A stretch of 37,215 nucleotides of DNA from Promethearchaeota archaeon. GTDB lineage: Archaea; Asgardarchaeota; Hermodarchaeia; Hermodarchaeales; Hermodarchaeaceae. The notes under the pieces are model-generated. The model worked only from the letters and a program-made list of their open reading frames with translations. It was not told where the DNA came from and did not search any database. Where the stretch lies: positions 1 to 37,215 of the forward strand of contig JBHLPR010000020.1 in assembly GCA_048939245.1 (NCBI GenBank), in the 5' to 3' direction. This document shows positions 1-8,850 of the stretch, one piece after another. Within the stretch, counting starts at the first letter, position 1; each line of letters begins with the position of its first letter. The translations under genes were made by a program, and so were the position numbers.

Positions 1-301
1 GGAGTTTTTCCTGAAACTTACAGTCATCTTTTAACTGAACCTTGGCTAATCGATTGCGAACCTGAATTTGCATAATATCATTGGTTGAGGTGATTATCCG
101 CGATGAAAATAATAACCCAATGATTAGCGATTCAAAATCTGTTGGGATTGTATGTATTGAAGCAAAATTTTCTTCACCCTTCGAATCCCTGAGTACAATT
201 CGAATCACGGATTCTTGCACTACAAGATCATCGACTTGCTCACATTGAGCGTCCTTACACCTCAACACAGAAACTGACTGGGTAACTTTCAATGATCTCA
301 T
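1..301 (-). CDS. fdhD: Formate dehydrogenase accessory sulfurtransferase FdhD/NarQ family (5' part; runs off window start)
   Basis: Not in ORF track. Manual translation from ATG at 301 (GGAG immediately upstream) is open to the window edge: MRSLKVTQSVSVLRCKDAQCEQVDDLVVQESVIRIVL...IHTIPTDFESLIIGLLFSSRIITSTNDIMQIQV. This matches the FdhD N-terminal pattern D-x-V-x-x-E...P-x-D-x-E-x-L-x-x-G-x-L-x-S-x-x-II...DI. Confidence 0.75.
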   Translation of the reverse strand, partial: MRSLKVTQSVSVLRCKDAQCEQVDDLVVQESVIRIVLRDSKGEENFASIHTIPTDFESLIIGLLFSSRIITSTNDIMQIQVRNRLAKVQLKDDCKFQEKL

Positions 302-399
302 CTCCAGATGAATGTCGAAGAAAGGATGATTGACTCCCTTTTATCTTGTTGGGTTATCTTGACCAGAAAGGTAATCGGTTCTACTTGATTGGGCATTCA

Positions 400-552
400 T
401 CAAGGATTCGAAGGCAGAAAAATCACTATGGGATTCGTAGAATTGAGTAAGGCCATGATAGTACCAAAAGCAATGATGAACACGCTCACTGTTAACAACC
501 AATAACGCCAGAATCGATAATATGACAAAAGCAAAACCTCTTTTACCTTCAT
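400..552 (-). pseudogene. Short 50-aa membrane-protein ORF, possibly a truncated remnant
   Basis: Manual translation: MKVKEVLLLSYYRFWRYWLLTVSVFIIAFGTIMALLNSTNPIVIFLPSNP*. One TM helix followed by an early TGA; looks like the N-terminus of a longer membrane protein. Confidence 0.3.
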
Positions 553-611
553 GGAATGTGACAGGCTATTAACTTGAATCCGTCAAATTAGCCTCATAGG
601 CGTGAAGACCG

Positions 612-1331
612 ATGAACATTTTAGCCCTCAATAGTAGTCCCCGAAAAGACCGAGGTGGAACTGCGCTGGTTTTAAATACCTTCTTAGAAGGCGCAAAAGA
701 CGTAGGTGCAGAGATCGACCTCGTATATATCCACGATTTAGAAGTCAAACCGTGCCTAGGATGTTTTACTTGCTGGATAAAGACCCCAGGGAATTGTGTC
801 CAAAAAGATGACATGCAAGACCTGTTGAAGAAGCGACAAGCCGCAGATGCGTTGATTCTGGCTTCTCCCGTCTACGTTGATGGAATGACTAGCACAATGA
901 AAGCGGTGCTGGACCGGTCTATTCCATTGGTAAAACCTTTCTTTGAAATCCGTGATGATCATTGCCGGCATCCACCCTTACACGATCAGAAACCCATTGA
1001 TGTCGCGTTGGTTTCGGTGTCAGGGTTCACAGAATTAGACAATTTTGATCCACTGGTAGCCCATATCAAGGCTTTTTGCAAGAATTTGAATGGTAACTAT
1101 GCGGGGGCCGTTCTTCGACCCTTAGGCGCGCATTTGCAAATGTTCAAGCAAATGGGATTACCTGTTGATGATGTTTATAACGCCATCAGGCAGGCAGGTA
1201 GAGAATTTGTCCAAAAGGGGACGATTAGCGCAAAGACTCAGAAGACGATAAGTCGAGAGCTCGTACCTAGAGAAGAATATGTAAAACGGTTGAATGTTGC
1301 TTTTCAACGGGAGATAGAAGCCAACAAATAA
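612..1331 (+). CDS. Flavodoxin-like iron-sulfur flavoprotein (Isf / NADPH-dependent FMN reductase family)
   Basis: N-terminal ILALNSSPRK FMN-phosphate loop, CLGCFTC-x7-C Fe-S motif, ASPVY motif. Confidence 0.88.
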   Translation: MNILALNSSPRKDRGGTALVLNTFLEGAKDVGAEIDLVYIHDLEVKPCLGCFTCWIKTPGNCVQKDDMQDLLKKRQAADALILASPVYVDGMTSTMKAVLDRSIPLVKPFFEIRDDHCRHPPLHDQKPIDVALVSVSGFTELDNFDPLVAHIKAFCKNLNGNYAGAVLRPLGAHLQMFKQMGLPVDDVYNAIRQAGREFVQKGTISAKTQKTISRELVPREEYVKRLNVAFQREIEANK

Positions 1332-1430
1332 CTGAACGTTATATACCTAAGGTGTGTTTACCTATAGGAGCATATATTTTAGCCTCCGAAATGAAGAATA
1401 ACCACCTCTTGTTCAAAAGGGAAGGACCTG

Positions 1431-2705
1431 TTGGTGGTAATTCGACGAACGTCCACTGTCACATTGATAGTAATCCTAGCCTTAGTTTTTCCGCTAGTTG
1501 GGATTTTTCATGGTTTGAATTTTCGCTGTCAGGCACCACCACCTGGACCAGACATGTTGTCTGCTGGTGTTGGATATTCTGTTATTGAAACAACTACTCA
1601 CCTATATGCGATTGCAGGTGAGTACCAAGAAATGGGGAGTAACCATTGTGATGTTTTGATATTATGCCCAGATAAGAAAATACATGGCGGTTTAGGAAAT
1701 GATAGTGCTCAGGAAATCATTGAATGCCAAGACGGAGGGTTTGCCCTCATAGGGTATACAACGAGCTATGGAGCCGGAAAGGCCGATCTGTGGTTGCTCC
1801 GTACTAATTCAACCGGGCATCACTTATGGAACAAGACCTTTGGAACAGCTGAAGACGAATACGGAACCGCACTAATCAGATACCAAAACAATGACTATGC
1901 AATCATAGGATATGGTAGCGGCGATAATGGTAATAAACAAGATGTGTGGGTTCTTCGAACAGATTCGATGGGAAATGTACTTTGGAATAGGACCTTTGGC
2001 GGTTCAGAAACCGATACTGGTTGGTCAATTATTCTCAATGCTGCAGGTCAATTGGTTATTACGGGAACAACTGAGAGCTTTGGTGCAGGAGATAAAGACA
2101 TTTGGCTACTTTGTCTTGACGGTTTCGGTAACCATCTGTGGAATCAAACCTTTGGAGGAAAAGATGCAGATAGGGGATGGGATGTCACACTGGCACATGA
2201 TGGTGGCTACGCCATCATTGGATCGACTACTTCATCAAGAGGAAATGACACAGACATTTGGCTAATACGCACAGATGCAGCTGGCAACCAAATAATGAAC
2301 ACCACCATTGGTGATACCAGGGACGATGAGGGATTGAGTATAATTACAACTGTACAAGGAGATTTTGCTATGACAGGCTATGCCGATGGACGAGAGACAA
2401 TTTGGTTTGATCGGTCTGCGGGATATGGAGCATTTTTTGGTGGGTATCAGGAGCATATCTTTGGAACTTCGATTATAGAAGTGTCTGAAGGTGGGTTTCT
2501 TATAGTTGGTGGAATAAACGCAACTTCAACAGAAAATAGCCGAGTAGTATACTGGAGGCTTCCCAGTCACTATGGTCCGCCAGAAATATCGTTATTGTGG
2601 TTGATATTTAGCATATTATATTACGGGTGGCCAATACTCATAGTAATTCTGGTGATACTCGCTATTATGATATGGAGAAAGCGGACACAGAAAAATCTGA
2701 AGTGA
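1431..2705 (+). CDS. Secreted, membrane-anchored beta-propeller repeat protein
   Basis: N-terminal hydrophobic signal. About 50-aa repeats (DGGFALIGYTTSYGAG..D.WLLRT...G..LWN.TFGG..D.G). C-terminal TM followed by basic tail WRKRTQKNLK. Confidence 0.75.
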   Translation: MVVIRRTSTVTLIVILALVFPLVGIFHGLNFRCQAPPPGPDMLSAGVGYSVIETTTHLYAIAGEYQEMGSNHCDVLILCPDKKIHGGLGNDSAQEIIECQDGGFALIGYTTSYGAGKADLWLLRTNSTGHHLWNKTFGTAEDEYGTALIRYQNNDYAIIGYGSGDNGNKQDVWVLRTDSMGNVLWNRTFGGSETDTGWSIILNAAGQLVITGTTESFGAGDKDIWLLCLDGFGNHLWNQTFGGKDADRGWDVTLAHDGGYAIIGSTTSSRGNDTDIWLIRTDAAGNQIMNTTIGDTRDDEGLSIITTVQGDFAMTGYADGRETIWFDRSAGYGAFFGGYQEHIFGTSIIEVSEGGFLIVGGINATSTENSRVVYWRLPSHYGPPEISLLWLIFSILYYGWPILIVILVILAIMIWRKRTQKNLK

Positions 2706-2778
2706 TATTAGCGCTGTTCTTGTTTTCCTGTGATCCGAGAGGTAGTTACCAAAGAATAGAGGTTATTCTGCGTGTGGA

Positions 2779-3420
2779 TTAATTCTTTTTCTTCTTCCGC
2801 AGTTTAGGAAAGAGACGCCCTGTGTGTTTCATATATTCTCGATATGCATCGCCAAATTGCTCAATCATCATTTCTTCTTCGATGCGCATGCGAGATGCAA
2901 TAGTGACGAGGCCTAAAATCATGATTATTAGAAGAATGATGTTAAGGCAAATGAAGAATAATCCAAGGTTGAAGATGAAATAGACTAGATACATTGGATG
3001 GCGAATGTGTTTGTAGGGTCCACTGGTTACCATAGCATGGTCATCTTTGATTTCTAAGGTTCCAGAGACTTGTCGTCCTAAATGTATCCCAACCCAAGTT
3101 ATTCCCAAAACCATCACGATACAGATCACAATACCTGTCAATTGCAGCCAGAATTGATAGGCAAAAGCAAGTTGAGTAATCGGAGGGATGAGAAATGGAA
3201 ACAGACTCCAGATAACGATGAATACAATCATGGCATAAACCAAGACGATACGTGATAGAACCAACCATTTACTCTCATATTGGACTTGGTCTGCCCAACG
3301 TTCCTGGCGTGTGCGTTTTTGTCCTAGGGGTTGTGCTTTGCGACCATAATAGCCACGAATTCCCATAAAGATAAGGAAGAGGATGAGCATAGCGATGTGA
3401 AAGAAAAGATCCTCATACAA
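2779..3420 (-). CDS. Isoprenylcysteine carboxylmethyltransferase (ICMT/Ste14/PEMT) family membrane methyltransferase
   Basis: Multiple TMs with VTSGPYKHIRHPMY and R-x-x-x-EE...FG-x-x-Y-x-x-Y...R-x-F-P motifs. Confidence 0.88.
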   Translation of the reverse strand: MYEDLFFHIAMLILFLIFMGIRGYYGRKAQPLGQKRTRQERWADQVQYESKWLVLSRIVLVYAMIVFIVIWSLFPFLIPPITQLAFAYQFWLQLTGIVICIVMVLGITWVGIHLGRQVSGTLEIKDDHAMVTSGPYKHIRHPMYLVYFIFNLGLFFICLNIILLIIMILGLVTIASRMRIEEEMMIEQFGDAYREYMKHTGRLFPKLRKKKKN

Positions 3421-3587
3421 AGGAACAACAACCTTCAGCTTATGGAGCTTCTCTTAAAACGGGCTTATAAGGAGTTATACATGCGTGGTCAACTCCTCGC
3501 CGACTAGCGGAACCGATGAATAGAGAAAATCACTTAAAGCCGTCGACACCAAAGCTCAGGTGCAACTGAGATTCAGGAAGGAGCCTA

Positions 3588-5252
3588 ATGAAACGTAATC
3601 CGATTCATGCCTACCGTGGCACAAAACTGCATTGTAAGAATTGGCAAATCGAAGCCATTCTTCGAATGCTCCAAAATAATTTGGATCCGGATGTTGCCAA
3701 AGATTGGGAGAATCTAATTGTGTATGGAGGAACTGGGCAGGCGGCTAGGACTTGGGAATGTTTTGATAAGATTGTGGAAACGTTGCATGAGCTTGAGCCT
3801 GATGAAACAATGCTCGTCCAGTCAGGGAAACCAGTCGCCGTCTTTAAAACCCACACAGATGCCCCCCGTGTCCTAATTGCTAATTCATTGATTGTTCCGT
3901 TTTGGGCGACGGAAGAAAATTTCCATGCATTGTATAAGAAAGGATTGACGATGTTCGGGCAAATGACGGCTGGGTCGTGGATTTACATTGCTACCCAGGG
4001 AATTCTGCAGGGAACCTTCGAAACCTTTGCGGCTGTTGCGGATCGCCATTTCGGTGGTTCCTTGAAAGGAACCTTAACCTTGACAGGTGGAGTAGGAGCT
4101 ATGGGTGGTGCCCAACCGTTGGCGGTCACATTTAATGAGGGCGTGGTTATCGCAGTTGATGTCGATGAAGCTGCCATTGACAAACGGATACGAGCAGGCT
4201 ATTGTGAACTGAAAACCGAAAGCCTTGATGAAGCCCTAGCCCTTGCTGATGAGGCCCTCGGAAAGAAGATGCCGCGGTCTATCGGTTTGGTAGGTAATAC
4301 AGCTGAAACCCACCCGGAAATCGTAAAACGGGGCGTCAAAGTGGATGTAGTCACCGACCAAACGTCAGCCCATGATCCATTAACGGGATACTATCCTGCT
4401 GGGATGAGTAAAGAAGAAGCAGATCGTCTACGTGAAACGGATCCTGCAGATTATATTCGTTACTCTAAGGAGTCGATGCTTCATCACGTGAACGCCATTC
4501 TTCAGCTACAAGATCGTGGTTCAGTTGCCTTTGATTATGGCAATAATCTTCGACAACATACGAGAACGATTGCGTGGGACGAAAAGAAAAAGCGGTGGAA
4601 GTATCCGGGATTTGTAGAAGCCTATGTCCGCCCGCTATTCTGTGAAGGGCGTGGTCCTTTCAGATGGGTAGCCCTATCAGGTGAGCCTGAGGACATTTAC
4701 CGCACAGATGATTTGGTCCTTGAACTTTTTCCAGACAATTACATCTTGAAACGATGGATTAAACTAGCTCACGAAAAGGTTCAATTCGAAGGGCTGCCTG
4801 CGCGAGTCTGTTGGCTCGGATACGGAGAACGGGCTAAGTTTGGTAAAGCCCTCAATGATTTGGTGGCGAAAGGAGAACTCAAAGCACCAATCGTTATTGG
4901 TCGCGACCATCTTGACGCTGGTTCTGTTGCCTCGCCGAACCGTGAAACGGAAGGCATGCGCGATGGAAGCGATGCTATAGCAGATTGGCCTGTACTCAAT
5001 GTGCTCATTAATGCGGTCGCTGGTGCGACTTGGGTATCATTACATCAAGGGGGTGGCGTGGGCATCCCGTATGCCATTTCAGCGGGTCAAGTCTCCGTGG
5101 CAGATGGCACACCTGAAGCCGAAAAACGACTTTTACGAGTTCTCACAACTGATCCTGGTTTAGGTGTGGCTCGGCATGTAGATGCGGGATATCCTGAATC
5201 GATAAAGTTCGCTAAACACCACGGGATCAAAATCCCCTTTCTAAATAAATGA
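3588..5252 (+). CDS. hutU: Urocanate hydratase
   Basis: [54 protein letters not shown] motifs; AGGAG RBS. Confidence 0.98.
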   Translation: MKRNPIHAYRGTKLHCKNWQIEAILRMLQNNLDPDVAKDWENLIVYGGTGQAARTWECFDKIVETLHELEPDETMLVQSGKPVAVFKTHTDAPRVLIANSLIVPFWATEENFHALYKKGLTMFGQMTAGSWIYIATQGILQGTFETFAAVADRHFGGSLKGTLTLTGGVGAMGGAQPLAVTFNEGVVIAVDVDEAAIDKRIRAGYCELKTESLDEALALADEALGKKMPRSIGLVGNTAETHPEIVKRGVKVDVVTDQTSAHDPLTGYYPAGMSKEEADRLRETDPADYIRYSKESMLHHVNAILQLQDRGSVAFDYGNNLRQHTRTIAWDEKKKRWKYPGFVEAYVRPLFCEGRGPFRWVALSGEPEDIYRTDDLVLELFPDNYILKRWIKLAHEKVQFEGLPARVCWLGYGERAKFGKALNDLVAKGELKAPIVIGRDHLDAGSVASPNRETEGMRDGSDAIADWPVLNVLINAVAGATWVSLHQGGGVGIPYAISAGQVSVADGTPEAEKRLLRVLTTDPGLGVARHVDAGYPESIKFAKHHGIKIPFLNK

Positions 5253-5268
5253 AGATAGGTGACTGATA

Positions 5269-6213
5269 GTGAAACAAATCGTGGAATGCGTTCCTAATTT
5301 TAGTGTGGGTGATAATCCAGAAGCCATCAAGGCTATCGTAGAAGCCATTAAGCAAACAAAGGGAGTTCATCTCCTTGATTTCGAACATGACACTGCTTAC
5401 AATCGCTTGGTTGTCACATACTTTGGTGAACCCCAAGCCTGCAAAGCAGCCATGCTGAGCGCCGGAAAAGTTGCTGTCCAACGACTCGACATGCGAAAAC
5501 ACACTGGACAACACCCACGGATTGGAGTGTTGGATGTGGCACCTTTTGTTCCTCTGAAAAACATCACTATTAAGGAGTGTATTCAGTTATCGAAGGAATT
5601 TGCTCAAACTTTTGCGGAAAAGAATCAGGTACCAGTTTATTTGTACGGTGAGGCAGCTGAGACTCCTGAGAAAGGAGATGTCGATTGGATTCGAAAAGGG
5701 GAGTGGGAGGAATTAGAAAGGAACATGCAAGATCCCGAACGCCGACCAGCCTTTGGTCCCAATAAGCCACATCCGAGCGCAGGTGCTACCATGACAGGGG
5801 CCCGAGAGGTAATGGTAGGTCTGAATATCAACTTAGGAACCACTGACCTAGGCATTGCGAAGGCAGTAGCAAAGGCGATTCACAAGAAGAAAGGAGGCCT
5901 TGTCCGTATCAAGGCAATGGGTTGTCTTTGGGAAGATCGCGGAATCACTCAGATAGGTATTACTAATACTGACTTTCGAAAGTCCCCGCTCTATCGACAA
6001 TTCGAGTTGGTGAAAATCGAAGCTGCTAGATATGGTGTCCCCGTGGTGGGAGCCGAATTTTGCGGGCTGGTGCCCATTCAAGCTCTTGTGGATGTGGCCA
6101 ACTACTATCTTCGCCTTGAAGGATTTCATATGGAGGACTTGCTTGAAGTGGCTATTGATCGGAAACTTGCTGAAGTCGACCCCAAGCACACAAGTATTCT
6201 ATCTTCTGAATAA
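5269..6213 (+). CDS. ftcd: Glutamate formimidoyltransferase (stand-alone FT domain of FTCD)
   Basis: IVECVPNFS start, HTGQHPRIGVLDVAPFVPL, VPVYLYG, GATMTGAR motifs. At 314 aa it has no cyclodeaminase domain. Confidence 0.93.
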   Translation: MKQIVECVPNFSVGDNPEAIKAIVEAIKQTKGVHLLDFEHDTAYNRLVVTYFGEPQACKAAMLSAGKVAVQRLDMRKHTGQHPRIGVLDVAPFVPLKNITIKECIQLSKEFAQTFAEKNQVPVYLYGEAAETPEKGDVDWIRKGEWEELERNMQDPERRPAFGPNKPHPSAGATMTGAREVMVGLNINLGTTDLGIAKAVAKAIHKKKGGLVRIKAMGCLWEDRGITQIGITNTDFRKSPLYRQFELVKIEAARYGVPVVGAEFCGLVPIQALVDVANYYLRLEGFHMEDLLEVAIDRKLAEVDPKHTSILSSE

Positions 6214-6260
6214 TCCTGAAGCTGTGAATTTATTAGGTGCAATCGCCTTCAGTGATAGTA

Positions 6261-7532
6261 ATGGAACGCTTAGATCTTGATATGGTCATTTTGAATGCCT
6301 CGGAATTGATAACAGTACGGGGAGCTAGCCATGCCCCGAAACTCAGAGAAGAGCTCAATGAGTTAGGCATCATTGAAAACGGGGGCGTGGCGATTCGGGG
6401 CAACCAAATCGTTGCGGTAGATACTACGAAGAATATCAAGCGCTTGGTAAAGCCGGGAAGTCATCCACAAGTGATTGATGCCAACAAACAGACGGTGATG
6501 CCAGGACTTATTGACCCGCACGCGCATCTAGTGTTCGCTGGGAGTCGTGAACGTGAATTTGTCCAAAAGATTCAAGGCGCTAACTATATGGAAATACTCG
6601 AAGCGGGCGGTGGCATCAACGTTACCGTGAACGCCACCCGAAAAGCCAGCAAAAACACATTGGTACGCTTGGGACGACTGACTTTGAATCGAATGTTGGA
6701 ATATGGTACCACCACTGTTGAAGGAAAATCAGGTTATGGTCTTGATCCCAAGCACGAGTATAAACAACTCTATGCGATGCGTGATTTGAATCTCATTCAT
6801 CCAATAGATATTGTTCCCACGTTTATGGGAGCCCATGTAGTGCCTACCAAGTTTAAAGATAAGCCTGAAAGCTATGTGAAGTTAATTGTTGAGAAGATGA
6901 TTCCTCACGTAGGAAAAAGGGGAATCGCAGAATTTTGTGACGTCTTCACCGAAAAAGGGGTATTTGATATTGACCAATCCCGTCGAATTCTCCAAGCTGG
7001 CAAGGAATATGGCCTTATACCGAAAATCCATGCGGATGAAATGACGTCCTTAGGTGGTGCTGAGTTAGCCGCGGAGGTTGGCGCAATTTCCGCAGATCAT
7101 CTATTACAAGTCTCTAAAAAGGGTATTAGGGCATTGGCAAAGAGGCAGGTGGTAGCGGTTCTCCTTCCTGCGACGGCTTTCGTTTTAATGGAGAACCAGT
7201 ATGCGCCTGCTCGTGATTTAATGAAGGCAGGGGTTCCGGTTGCATTAGCTACTGATTTCAATCCTAACTGTATGACCGAGTCGATGCAATTGGTCATGAC
7301 CCTTGCATGTGTAAACATGCGTATGACACCCGCAGAAGCCATCTGCGCTGCCACAATAAATGCCGCTCACGCCGTTAAACGATCACATCTAGTTGGAAGT
7401 CTAGAGCCGAACAAGCAAGCGGATATCCTTATCATGGATGTTCCCAACCACGCCCATATCCCCTATCATTTCGGGGTAAACCTCGTCGATAAGGTCATAA
7501 AAGGCGGAAAAGTAGTCTATTCCGCACATTAG
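6261..7532 (+). CDS. hutI: Imidazolonepropionase
   Basis: PGLIDPHAHLVFAGSR.REF, GGGI, EGKSGYGL, FMGAH, KIHADE, SADHL, ALATDFNP motifs. ATG at 6261 preferred over GTG at 6237. Confidence 0.97.
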   Translation: MERLDLDMVILNASELITVRGASHAPKLREELNELGIIENGGVAIRGNQIVAVDTTKNIKRLVKPGSHPQVIDANKQTVMPGLIDPHAHLVFAGSREREFVQKIQGANYMEILEAGGGINVTVNATRKASKNTLVRLGRLTLNRMLEYGTTTVEGKSGYGLDPKHEYKQLYAMRDLNLIHPIDIVPTFMGAHVVPTKFKDKPESYVKLIVEKMIPHVGKRGIAEFCDVFTEKGVFDIDQSRRILQAGKEYGLIPKIHADEMTSLGGAELAAEVGAISADHLLQVSKKGIRALAKRQVVAVLLPATAFVLMENQYAPARDLMKAGVPVALATDFNPNCMTESMQLVMTLACVNMRMTPAEAICAATINAAHAVKRSHLVGSLEPNKQADILIMDVPNHAHIPYHFGVNLVDKVIKGGKVVYSAH

Positions 7533-7809
7533 CGGAGTTACGTTTTTTATCGGTTTTTATTAATTAAATAGACAAAAATAATAATATTCACATCAAAATT
7601 AGCTATTTTCCATCACTAGAAGAAGCCAGCAGGCTTTATTTGAAGATATATACTATGGTGCCCAGAGGTACTGGCATATTTTTTCTAGGCCGTTAATGCC
7701 CCAGCGGGATATCAGTGGAGGTAAGCTGCCTCGAGTGGAGTACGGAGGAGGCTAGCAGTCACCATAATCTCCACATTAAAATAAAAACCAGTGGCTATGG
7801 AAGAAATGA

Positions 7810-8322
7810 ATGAACTCAAATGATAAGAAACTAATACTCCTAATCTCCGCTTTTATCGCTGCATTCGCCATATTCGCAATTACAACAAGCATACAGCCAG
7901 TTGAAGGATGTTATCAGTCTCCACCCGCAAGATCATTAACTAAATACTTCCGATACGATTATCTCAACGAAGAAATCCTAGATGGCTTCCTTGAATGCCC
8001 GCTAGCATACAACATTGTTGGTCTACCGGTTAACGTTACTTGGTGGTCCTACGGTAAAACTCACAGCTACTTCCTTGGAACCTTCTACACCGATCACAAT
8101 GGTGCGATCGTTTTAGAAGATATCCCGAGAGGTATCTACCAAATTGACTATTATTGGAACGGCGCACTCGAAACAGAAGAATTGGCTGTTCGATGCTGTA
8201 TGCGAGACTGGACCTACTTCAACTTTTTAGATGCGAAAGGTGGAGATTGTAATAATTTTCCTGAGATGGGGACACGGATTTTTACCACGGATCCCCTTCT
8301 CAATTACTTCCCTCTGACCTGA
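7810..8322 (+). CDS. Secreted hypothetical protein with Ig/transthyretin-like beta domain, Cys-containing
   Basis: Signal peptide. GLPVNVT...GTFYTDHNGAIVLEDIPRGIYQI resembles the carboxypeptidase-regulatory-like TD-x-N-G...L-x-x-G-x-Y pattern. Confidence 0.6.
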   Translation: MNSNDKKLILLISAFIAAFAIFAITTSIQPVEGCYQSPPARSLTKYFRYDYLNEEILDGFLECPLAYNIVGLPVNVTWWSYGKTHSYFLGTFYTDHNGAIVLEDIPRGIYQIDYYWNGALETEELAVRCCMRDWTYFNFLDAKGGDCNNFPEMGTRIFTTDPLLNYFPLT

Positions 8323-8360
8323 GGATTTCGTAGTAACATCGTTGACAGGATGCCTATTTT

Positions 8361-8792
8361 TTATGAAACAGTAAGTGTGCGAGATTTAGAGCCGGTCACG
8401 AACGCTCCACGTTCTCCATGCGCTGAAATATCGTATTGTAGTCTTATGGCTGAGTCTTTCGAGAAGACTAGATGGGGACGGAATAGGGCTTGGAAACTAA
8501 TCTCCAATTCCTGTTTTGGATTGATACTTTTTTCGATTGATTTTTGATAAGTGGGTTTTATGTATCGTACAGGAGTTTTTCTCATCACTTGTCGCGTAGT
8601 TGTTGGAAAAACAAAAGATTGCGATAACGAGCGAACCAGAATTCTCAATAGGAGAGTTGATTCCGTGTTATTCTTAATTTGAAATTTGAGTTTTCCGCGT
8701 TGTAATCTCTTCGATGTGCTTCTGAATGTTCTGGGAATCTCAATCCGCCATTGGATAAAATCGTCTGGTGTTCGATTCCATTGATCAACCAA
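8361..8792 (-). CDS. Hypothetical basic protein, predicted beta-sandwich
   Basis: 143-aa ORF downstream of hutH on the same strand, with alternating beta-strand patterns. Start uncertain (TTG, no obvious RBS). Confidence 0.5.
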   Translation of the reverse strand: MVDQWNRTPDDFIQWRIEIPRTFRSTSKRLQRGKLKFQIKNNTESTLLLRILVRSLSQSFVFPTTTRQVMRKTPVRYIKPTYQKSIEKSINPKQELEISFQALFRPHLVFSKDSAIRLQYDISAHGERGAFVTGSKSRTLTVS

Positions 8793-8850
8793 CTTTTCGC
8801 ACTCTCGAAGAACAATATCGTTCTATTCATTAAATTCCTTGGCAGAGTGA

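Noticed and set aside
7738-7750. GTACGGAGGA resembling part of the c-di-AMP (ydaO) riboswitch
   Set aside because: The other conserved ydaO segments are not present; kept only as an unassigned structured region.
8250-8300. GAGATGGGGA...TCCCCTTCTC inverted repeat near the end of the 7810 ORF
   Set aside because: Imperfect, inside the reading frame and without a U-tract; no basis for a SECIS or terminator call.
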